In this document: positions 1 through 6,890 of the stretch, one piece after another
Layout of the letters: each line of letters begins with the position of its first letter
How positions within the stretch are numbered: position 1 is the stretch's first letter
Origin: Candidatus Poseidoniaceae archaeon
GTDB taxonomy: Archaea > Thermoplasmatota > Poseidoniia > Poseidoniales > Poseidoniaceae
Assembly: GCA_943789275.1 (NCBI GenBank)
Contig: CALSTM010000001.1
Span: forward strand, 210,001-242,000
DNA: 32,000 bases
Reading direction: 5' to 3'
Notes under the pieces: generated by a model
What the model was told of the DNA's origin: nothing
Databases searched by the model: none
Seen by the model: the letters and a program-made list of their open reading frames with translations, nothing else
Translations under genes and position numbers: made by a program

Positions 1-135
1 GGGTAAGTCAAAAACTCCCATTGCTCGTGTTCCTTTTCCCTGCCATCATTCCGATGTTTTTGCTCGGTGATCCAATGGCCATACTGATGCCATTGCTTGG
101 ATTGAATTGAGAAGAATCTCAAAGAAAGTTGTTCA

Positions 136-285
136 TCATGCGCCCTTGCGCTCGATGTTCTTTGGACGTAGTCCCTTATAGCTGCATTTTCTACAGCGCA
201 CAGCACGTACTGCGTTGCGTGCGTTGCAGCGCATGCAAATCTTGCGGTGAAGCAAGCGAGCTTCAGCTTCTGGGAATCGTGCCAT
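136..285 (-). CDS. rpl40e: 50S ribosomal protein eL40 (L40e), 49 aa; shorter than the ORF-track cutoff
   Basis: Hand translation of the minus strand from ATG (complement of 283-285) to TGA (complement of 136-138) gives [49 protein letters not shown]. The CxxC...CxxC zinc ribbon, strongly basic composition and [13 protein letters not shown]-terminus are typical of archaeal L40e. An ATTAAATA box (minus strand, 307-314) lies about 22 nt upstream. Confidence 0.85.
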   Translation of the reverse strand: MARFPEAEARLLHRKICMRCNARNAVRAVRCRKCSYKGLRPKNIERKGA

Positions 286-376
286 GGCTTTGCGACTCAC
301 TTCCCCTATTTAATCGCAACCGAGTGTCATAAAATGGATAGGGCATTGCTTCCAACTGTGCATTTGCTGGGAGAGT

Positions 377-1174
377 ATGGTTCAAGGTGTATCAGCGATT
401 CGGGAGAACATGCGTGTCCTACGCCTGCCGGCCATACACCACGACGCCAATTTGGTGGTCATTGGTGGCTCTATGGGGAGTCTTCTGATCGATGCAGGGA
501 CTTCATGGTATCAAGGATTGCAAGTTGAGCGAATCAAGGGCGTTCTGGATGAAGGCGGTAGTCTTGACCGCATTTTGTTAACCAGCAAACGGTATCCTTG
601 CTCCGGAGGGGCTCAGCACCTCTCCAAGTCGTTTGATGGTTGTGCTGTTCATGCCCACCCGGATGGACAGGCTGCATTGGAAACTGGAGATTTTTTCACC
701 ACTTGGGCGAACCGTTTCGATTCGGATATGCCACCGGTATTCACTCAAATAGTTGAGGATGGAGACGTCTTTGCATTGGGGGACGGACAAGTTGAGTCCG
801 TTGGCCTGCCAGGGCATTCATCGGATGGTATGGGGTATTGGATTCCTGAACAAAAGATGATGATTGTAGGTACGTTGATTCCTCGTGCTGACCGTCCGAC
901 TCGATGGGATTTGCCAAGTGGATGCCTACCGGATTTAATCTCCAGTCTACAACGGATTTTAACGTTCAAACCGAAGTCACTCATACCTCTTCAGGGGCCT
1001 GCTATCAAGGGATTGAAACATGTTCGGGAAGTTGTCGAGCAACACATCGAATTCTTCGAACAATGTTTAGAAAACGATGGGCAAGTGCCTCGTTCAGTAC
1101 CTCGACCTGCACAAACGGCATTGTGGTACACACCGCATCCGCCTTGGCCACTTGAAGAGAATGAAAGTCTCTAG
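377..1174 (+). CDS. Metallo-beta-lactamase-fold protein with a degenerate metal-binding motif
   Basis: 265-aa ORF with an MBL-like layout: LLIDAGT, then ILLTSKRYPCSGGA where THxHxDHxGG is expected, then GLPGHSSDGMGYW (PGHTxG-like). Its stop shares the CTAG tetranucleotide with the convergent gene. Confidence 0.6.
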   Translation: MVQGVSAIRENMRVLRLPAIHHDANLVVIGGSMGSLLIDAGTSWYQGLQVERIKGVLDEGGSLDRILLTSKRYPCSGGAQHLSKSFDGCAVHAHPDGQAALETGDFFTTWANRFDSDMPPVFTQIVEDGDVFALGDGQVESVGLPGHSSDGMGYWIPEQKMMIVGTLIPRADRPTRWDLPSGCLPDLISSLQRILTFKPKSLIPLQGPAIKGLKHVREVVEQHIEFFEQCLENDGQVPRSVPRPAQTALWYTPHPPWPLEENESL

Positions 1175-1788
1175 CCGAGGACAGGTAAGTCCAGCATCAG
1201 TGGTTGTGATTTTTCCTTACGTAATTGCTCTGATTCGAGGATTCGAGCACGCCTGTTGGCCCGTTGTGTTTCTTTCACTTGGAATTGTCTTGTGCCATCA
1301 AAAACATTGGTCGTTTCACCGGTCCAATCGTAAGTGCGTCGATTCCAACCGCTTTGAATCAAAATTGAGTCCCCAAGAACTCGAAGGCTTGTAATCGGTC
1401 CAGTGTGCGAAAAGAGGTGGACAACTCTCCCAGGGACCTGGTTTCCGATCACCCATACACTTCCATCTTGTGCTGCTGCTAGGAATTTCCCAGAGGAATC
1501 ACTCACTGCATTAATTGAGCGAACAATACCTCCTTCGATACTGAACTTATCGATGGTGTCGAGGCGTGGTAAAGAAAGGATGCTTATGCCACCGGTTGAA
1601 TCGCCGACAGCGACCATGTCATAGCATCCTGTTGGACCTTTCACGGCGAGGAGTACCGTCGCAACGGCTTCAAGTTTAATTTGCACCCTCGTTCCAAGTG
1701 TTGGACGCCAAACAATAGCACCGTCGTCCATGGCTACGAGGTTGCCTTCTGATGTGACAAGGCTACGGATGACTACTCTGTTGTTCAT
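1171..1788 (-). CDS. Hypothetical protein with WD40/beta-propeller-like repeats and a basic C-terminal helix
   Basis: 205-aa ORF with repeated strand-rich segments ending in D-G-x-V/I-W motifs (DDGAIVWR, QDGSVWVI, GDSILIQSGW). No specific family recognised. Confidence 0.4.
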   Translation of the reverse strand: MNNRVVIRSLVTSEGNLVAMDDGAIVWRPTLGTRVQIKLEAVATVLLAVKGPTGCYDMVAVGDSTGGISILSLPRLDTIDKFSIEGGIVRSINAVSDSSGKFLAAAQDGSVWVIGNQVPGRVVHLFSHTGPITSLRVLGDSILIQSGWNRRTYDWTGETTNVFDGTRQFQVKETQRANRRARILESEQLRKEKSQPLMLDLPVLG

Positions 1789-1860
1789 ACATACGAAAGC
1801 AGAGCCGTCGGTACACTTTCTTTCGCCACACCCCTCGGATGAAACTGAAAGTGAATATAA

Positions 1861-2139
1861 TCAGTAGGTGTCCTCAGACTTGTTGTCCTTCTTCCATTTC
1901 CGGTAGCAACTTTTGCAAACCCGTACTCGACCTTTACGTTCGGTGTAGCCGCTGTCACCCCAAACGTCGATAGCGTTGTCAATGGAAAGTGAGCGGCCAC
2001 CGAAACTCTTGTCGGCGAATCCATCGCAGGATTTGACGCCACAGGGAATTTCCCCGACCTTTTCCGAGGATTTCTTCTTTGTCGCTGTTTCTTCGCCAGA
2101 TTCAGCCTTATGCTTTCTCGCCTTCGATTTGAATCCCAT
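1861..2139 (-). CDS. Small basic zinc-ribbon-like protein (92 aa from the internal ATG)
   Basis: Starting at ATG 2139 (MGFKSKARKHK...) avoids overlap with the tfb stop. It has a lysine-rich N-terminus and CGVKSC ... CKSC cysteine pairs. Function unknown. Confidence 0.4.
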   Translation of the reverse strand: MGFKSKARKHKAESGEETATKKKSSEKVGEIPCGVKSCDGFADKSFGGRSLSIDNAIDVWGDSGYTERKGRVRVCKSCYRKWKKDNKSEDTY

Positions 2140-2194
2140 GTCTATTCGCCAACCGATGTCGTCCTTCAAGTTTCTCCTTCGTTTGAAGCAAAAT

Positions 2195-3208
2195 TCACTG
2201 CTTTGAAACTTCACCGAGCTGTCCAAGTAGCCCTTCAATGAGGCGAAGCAGACCACGAAGTGTCACTTCGGAGACATTGGCGACTTGACACACTTCAGAT
2301 TGTGTTCGGGGCGAGCTTGATTCGTTGGCCACTTTGTACAGTAACGCAGCAGCAACACCCATCGGTTTCTTTCCTTGCCACAACTCGTCATGCGGTTGAA
2401 TAACGCTCCACAAGTGGTCCAGTTGTGTGTGGATACTTGGTGGTAATTGTAGGTCTGAGATAAATTTGTCAAAGTACTGGTCTGGGGATGAGATCTTGTG
2501 GAGATTGAGTTTTCTCGACACCTGTCGAATCAGTCGGGACAATTCCTTTTCCTTGACATCAAACGCTTCTGAGATTTCACTGATTTGACGCGGCAGGTTT
2601 TCCTGTCTTGCTACAAGGTATGCGCATGCTGCAGTCACTCCAGCAATCGAACGCCCGGTTACGAAACCTTCACCGGACAAACGCCGGTAGAGTCGAGCGG
2701 ATTCTTCCTGCAATGGTTTTGGTAGGCCTGAATGGTCGCGTATGAATTGATTCGCACGTACCAAATTACGCTCTCGACTCTTTCGAGTCTTTGAGCGTTC
2801 ATCAATAACACGTCGGCGTCGCCATTCTCTCCTCGATTGAGAGGTTATCCCGTGTCTTCCTGCGCTGCCGGTGTTCAAATCGCGAACATCGATGGTGGTG
2901 TTGAGTCCTTTGTCGGCAAGGGTGTAGGTGAGCGGCTGGCCAACACGAGAGCGATCTTGGCTTCTGTCACGGTTGGTCCATTCAGCTCCTGGGTCGATCA
3001 CGTTCTCTTCGACAACAAGTCCGCAGCTGTTGCAGGTTATTTCGCCTCTGCTGTCGTCCATCTGCCAATCGGTGACACCGCAGTCCTCACAGGGCCGTGT
3101 GTGACCCTCAAGCGTGCGGCGGATGACGCCTGTACCGCTGCGGTTTGATTCGCCTTTCTGCTTTTTGTTCGGCTTCTCGCCTGCATTTCCTTCGGAGTAA
3201 ATTTTCAT
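2195..3208 (-). CDS. tfb: Transcription initiation factor IIB (TFB)
   Basis: N-terminal zinc ribbon CEDCG...CNSCG followed by VIDPGAEW, a B-linker (ERNLVRANQFI) and two cyclin-like repeats (GRSIAGVTAACAYLVAR; KPMGVAAALLYKVA). GAGGT lies 9 nt upstream of the ATG. Confidence 0.95.
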   Translation of the reverse strand: MKIYSEGNAGEKPNKKQKGESNRSGTGVIRRTLEGHTRPCEDCGVTDWQMDDSRGEITCNSCGLVVEENVIDPGAEWTNRDRSQDRSRVGQPLTYTLADKGLNTTIDVRDLNTGSAGRHGITSQSRREWRRRRVIDERSKTRKSRERNLVRANQFIRDHSGLPKPLQEESARLYRRLSGEGFVTGRSIAGVTAACAYLVARQENLPRQISEISEAFDVKEKELSRLIRQVSRKLNLHKISSPDQYFDKFISDLQLPPSIHTQLDHLWSVIQPHDELWQGKKPMGVAAALLYKVANESSSPRTQSEVCQVANVSEVTLRGLLRLIEGLLGQLGEVSKQ

Positions 3209-3244
3209 CTTGTTAACCTCATGTTACATAGTTGTCATCCGAGG

Positions 3245-3252
3245 TATATAAA
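3245..3252 (-). promoter_or_regulatory. Putative TATA box (TTTATATA on the minus strand) of the tfb promoter
   Basis: The minus strand reads GGGATTTATATACCTC. It sits 36 nt upstream of the tfb ATG, which fits archaeal TATA-to-TSS spacing and a short SD-containing leader. Confidence 0.4.
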
Positions 3253-3543
3253 TCCCACGAGGGGATGCTCGCCGTGGCTGAAACTGCGTGAAGCGGTTTT
3301 ACACTGTGGTGTCCGTGGTTGGCAACAATTAGGAACATCTCACTACTGATTATAAAAGGTTGTTTTCTGTTCGACAATGCAAGCGCTTGACATGCCTTGT
3401 TTCGTGCCCAACACTGAATTTTTTCACTGTCAGTTTCTTCCGAATAATCCGGCATCAACTCAATTCCTTCGTACCGAAATCACTGGAAATTGAACGGATA
3501 GTTCAAAGACGGTACGCGAGGGCAATGGGGTGAGGAGAGTTCT

Positions 3544-4845
3544 ATGCCAGCCACAGTCGTTCTTGGAGCCCAATGGGGAGATGAAGGAAAAGGAAAACTT
3601 GTCGACCGAATTGCCGAACAAGCCACTTGGGTGGCTCGCTTCCAAGGCGGCAACAATGCAGGACATACGGTTGTCCTTGGCGATCAAATACTGAAGTTCC
3701 ACCTCCTACCGTCTGGTATCACTCGCAAGGAATGTAACCTTGTCTTGGGTGATGGCATGGTGGTTGACCCATGGGTTCTCGACTCTGAGTTGACCGGTTG
3801 GAAAGACACGACAGGCGAAGACCCGCGTGGAGAGCGATTGTACGTCAGCGAAAGAGCGCATGTGATTCTTCCTTACCATCGCTTCCTCGACGGTTTGGAC
3901 AAGAAAATTGGAACCACTGGCAGAGGTATTGGCCCGACATATGCTGATAAAATCAATCGAATCGGTTTACGATTCGGAGACGTTGCTGAAGTGATGAGCG
4001 ATGAGAATTGGGCCGTTACTACCACGGAACGGATGAACGCAACCCTCGCAGCAGCCGGTTCTGAAGAGCGAATTACCGTCGCAGGTTTGCAGTCGGACGT
4101 CGAATGGATATGGAACGCTTACAAGACCTCAATCCGCAACACTGGCTTAATGCTTGATAACGCCCTCAAATTGGGTGAGCATGTCATCCTCGAAGGTGCT
4201 CAAGGATGCCTCTTGGATATCGACCAAGGTACTTTCCCGTTTGTCACCTCGTCAGTGACTTCTCTTGGTAATGCATCGCATGGTGCAGGTATTCATCCTG
4301 GACACGTCGAGGAAGTCATTGGAATCACCAAAGCCTACATCACTCGAGTCGGCCACGGTGCTATGCCAACTGAACTTGATGATGAGGCTGGAGAACACCT
4401 CGGAACGGTCGGCCATGAGTTTGGAACCACCACTGGACGTAAGCGTCGATGTGGATGGTTCGATGCGGTTGTCATGCGGCATGCAAACCGAATCAACGGT
4501 TTCACCGGGCTTGCACTCACCAAGTTGGATGTTTTAGGCGGGCTTGACGAAATCAACATCTGTGTAGCTTACGAATTGGATGGGAAAGAAATTCTCGAGA
4601 TGCCAGCCAGTGCTACAGCACTTGAACGCTGCAAGCCAATCTATGTCACCATGCCAGGATTCCCATCGTATTCTCTTGAGGAGTGGCTCGGAATCGCAAA
4701 GAAGGCGAACGACGGTGGTCTTGGCTATTCTGCGCTTCCAGCAGCGGCCCAACAATACATCAAGAAAATCGAAGCAATTGTCGGCGTTCCTTGCACAAGC
4801 GTTGGTGTTGGTCCTGACCGTAATGCAACCATTGATGCTGTTTAA
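3544..4845 (+). CDS. purA: Adenylosuccinate synthetase
   Basis: GAQWGDEGKGK P-loop, GNNAGHT, TTGRGIGPTY, GTTTGRKRRCGW and TKLDVL motifs. A GGTGAGGAG SD lies just upstream. Confidence 0.95.
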   Translation: MPATVVLGAQWGDEGKGKLVDRIAEQATWVARFQGGNNAGHTVVLGDQILKFHLLPSGITRKECNLVLGDGMVVDPWVLDSELTGWKDTTGEDPRGERLYVSERAHVILPYHRFLDGLDKKIGTTGRGIGPTYADKINRIGLRFGDVAEVMSDENWAVTTTERMNATLAAAGSEERITVAGLQSDVEWIWNAYKTSIRNTGLMLDNALKLGEHVILEGAQGCLLDIDQGTFPFVTSSVTSLGNASHGAGIHPGHVEEVIGITKAYITRVGHGAMPTELDDEAGEHLGTVGHEFGTTTGRKRRCGWFDAVVMRHANRINGFTGLALTKLDVLGGLDEINICVAYELDGKEILEMPASATALERCKPIYVTMPGFPSYSLEEWLGIAKKANDGGLGYSALPAAAQQYIKKIEAIVGVPCTSVGVGPDRNATIDAV

Positions 4846-4902
4846 TTTGAGTCACTTCGAGGTGAAGACTCAAAAAGGATTGACTCGACGCCGTGAATAC
4901 AG

Positions 4903-4978
4903 GGGCGTTTAGCTCAGTTGGAAGAGTGCTTGGTTTGCAACCAAGATGTCGTGGGTTCAAATCCCACAACGTCCACCA
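4903..4978 (+). tRNA. tRNA-Ala (anticodon UGC), CCA encoded
   Basis: Manual cloverleaf: acceptor GGGCGTT/AACGTCC with the G3:U70 alanine identity pair, D arm GCTC-AGTTGGAA-GAGT, anticodon arm CTTGG-TTTGCAA-CCAAG, T arm GTGGG-TTCAAAT-CCCAC, discriminator A, then CCA (4976-4978). Confidence 0.9.
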
Positions 4979-5159
4979 CCCCTCACGGATTCAAACCCCG
5001 CGAACGCATTACTGCGATGCATGAGCAACGGAGATTTTGAACCCCATACGGTTTGGACGCACAACAATCATAGGTATTTTTCTACACTGTTGGTCAAGGC
5101 GTGTTGGCACAAAGTGACACGACAAATCTTCACCGACAAAAGTATGTAGGGAGCGTGAC

Positions 5160-5585
5160 TTGAGTCAATTGAGGGAGCTGACAACTATGGAGTTTGATTG
5201 TCCACTTTCTCAACAGGAGCAAGCATGGCTTGATGGCGGCATTTCCAAATTCAACACTGGTCGTTACTGGCACGCTCACGAGGATTGGGAGGAGATGTGG
5301 AAGTCACTCAAAGTGAGAGAAGTTGAACTGCGTTACATCCGAGGTATCCAAGGACTGATCCAAACGACTGCCCTGATGTTCCAGTATGAGCGACAAAAGT
5401 CGCGTGGCATCGTGAAGATGTGGTATAAATTGACCGAGAAAATTGGCACGCCCGAATCGCCCCTGTTTGAGAATCTGTGGTGTGTAGACATTCCCAAAAT
5501 GCTTCATGATGTTCTTCCCTTCCTTGCCGATGCAACTGCTGATGAGCCCACATGGGGGCTCAACCCAAATGCAGTACTCATCTGA
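5160..5585 (+). CDS. DUF309-family protein
   Basis: FNTGRYWHAHEDWEEMWK matches the DUF309 signature (FN.g.yfeaHE.lE.lW). The ORF-track start is TTG 5160; ATG 5187 (MEFDC...) is an alternative. Confidence 0.65.
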   Translation: MSQLRELTTMEFDCPLSQQEQAWLDGGISKFNTGRYWHAHEDWEEMWKSLKVREVELRYIRGIQGLIQTTALMFQYERQKSRGIVKMWYKLTEKIGTPESPLFENLWCVDIPKMLHDVLPFLADATADEPTWGLNPNAVLI

Positions 5586-5636
5586 AGGCGGATGTAAACA
5601 GAAAAGGTTAATGCAGGGTTATTTCTTAGTAAAATC

Positions 5637-6176
5637 ATGACTGTGAAGAATTTGGTGATGGTTCTCGTGATGACGTCAATGGTCTTCGCTGGTTGTATAA
5701 GTGACCTTACACCGTTTGGCGGAGAGCATGTGGGTACTTTTGATATCGATACCCTCGGTACAGGAACAGCTGAGTCGGATGATATGATTGTGGAATTAGA
5801 GTTGATAAACAGCACATCCCCAATTCAATTCAACGATGGAACAACAGCACAAGATGGAGAAGAACACTACAGATTCCGCCTTGTGGTAGGCGACATTGAT
5901 GACGACAGCAGCCCCGCTTACGAATGCAGGTTAGCATCGAATTCACCAGATGATTGCCTTCTTGTCGAGTCGGTTGCAGACGGAGTATGGGACGCTGGTG
6001 AACGAATCACGTTAAGAGAAAACAATGTCGACATATGCAGCGAAGGTTGTCGAATTCAATTGACAATAATGAACGGAGATATCACCACCGAACAGGAAGA
6101 GAATCTACAATATATCGCCCAGGAATCAATAGGTGGACCTATTGGGCACACAACGAATTTTTGGATGAGTCAATGA
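5637..6176 (+). CDS. Secreted or lipid-anchored hypothetical protein
   Basis: N-terminal hydrophobic signal ending in a lipobox-like VFAGC, followed by an acidic mature region with four further Cys. No family recognised. Confidence 0.5.
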   Translation: MTVKNLVMVLVMTSMVFAGCISDLTPFGGEHVGTFDIDTLGTGTAESDDMIVELELINSTSPIQFNDGTTAQDGEEHYRFRLVVGDIDDDSSPAYECRLASNSPDDCLLVESVADGVWDAGERITLRENNVDICSEGCRIQLTIMNGDITTEQEENLQYIAQESIGGPIGHTTNFWMSQ

Positions 6177-6232
6177 ATCAAACAACTCACAGGCTCAATG
6201 CACTGCGGCACAAAGGTCGACATTTACCCTTC

Positions 6233-6631
6233 TTATCCTGAACGGTATGCTTCAAGGCAATAGGCTGCATTGATTGCAGCAGCGAATGTCATCCATGCAA
6301 TGTATGGCCACACCAACATCGATGCGGTAGGGACGGTTGCGTACGTAAGGTAAGCGTACATAACGGTAAAAAGTATCATGAAGACCAACATTCCAAACGA
6401 GAGCAGGTACCGTTCGGAATTGAATACAGACGGCCAAGCAAGGTTGAGAAGAAGTTGTGCAATGAACAAGAAAAGAATCCATTTGCTGTGCTTCAATTGC
6501 TCTGATTGGTTAAGTACGGTGGATATACTCACCGCCATACAGGTATAGAGAACCGCCCATATCGGGGCGACGACCCAACCTGGAGGCTGGAAGAACGGTT
6601 CGTATTCTGAATCAAAGGTCATCGAGTTCAT
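6233..6631 (-). CDS. tspO: TspO/MBR family tryptophan-rich sensory protein (short form)
   Basis: PPGWVVAPIWAVLY, AQLLLNLAWPSVFN and WPYIAWMTFAAAINAAY match TspO conserved segments. The ORF begins right at the PPxW motif with an in-frame TAG 12 codons upstream, so canonical TM1 is absent. Confidence 0.7.
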   Translation of the reverse strand: MNSMTFDSEYEPFFQPPGWVVAPIWAVLYTCMAVSISTVLNQSEQLKHSKWILFLFIAQLLLNLAWPSVFNSERYLLSFGMLVFMILFTVMYAYLTYATVPTASMLVWPYIAWMTFAAAINAAYCLEAYRSG

Positions 6632-6860
6632 CTTGTGTTCATGGTGATACGCTATAATTATGTGCTACGGTTCATAATCCGGATTTCTTACATTTGACCT
6701 TCAGGAAACTTTACCGACAGGTTTTTTCTACGCCGATGGCATTGTAATTTTCTTCGCATTGAAGGCCAAAGCAAGGGAGGGTTTTACATTACGGTGGCGC
6801 AATGGGTTTTTTAGACACCCTTCTTAGTTTGAATCTGCATCATGAAGTGAAAAACATTCT

Positions 6861-6868
6861 ATTATAAC
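6861..6868 (+). promoter_or_regulatory. Putative TATA box (ATTATAAC) for the fasciclin gene; near-leaderless
   Basis: AT-rich octamer 23 nt upstream of ATG 6891, with no SD between them. Confidence 0.3.
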
Positions 6869-6890
6869 TCACTCGCCAATTTTCGTCGTT

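Noticed and set aside
1-120. Open minus-strand frame reaching the left window edge (…LRFFSIQSKQWHQYGHWITEQKHRNDGREKEHEQWEFLTY)
   Set aside because: Only about 40 codons are available, with TTG as the only possible start and no recognisable family. It cannot be supported from this fragment.
129-332. 67-aa plus-strand ORF ([15 protein letters not shown]...)
   Set aside because: It is the antisense shadow of the eL40 gene at 136..285. The composition is not protein-like and no motif is present.
3219-3702. Minus-strand ORFs 3219..3458 and 3460..3702 in the tfb-purA spacer
   Set aside because: The first covers the tfb TATA box and leader. The second is antisense to the purA P-loop region. Neither has a recognisable motif.
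4760-5149. ORFs 4760..4969 (-) and 4946..5149 (+) overlapping tRNA-Ala
   Set aside because: They run through a well-folded tRNA gene. No coding signal is evident.
4979-6890. Possible tRNA-adjacent genomic island downstream of tRNA-Ala
   Set aside because: No integrase, no direct repeat of the tRNA 3' end, and no compositional break were seen by eye. The genes there (DUF309, lipoprotein, TspO) look like ordinary chromosomal cargo.
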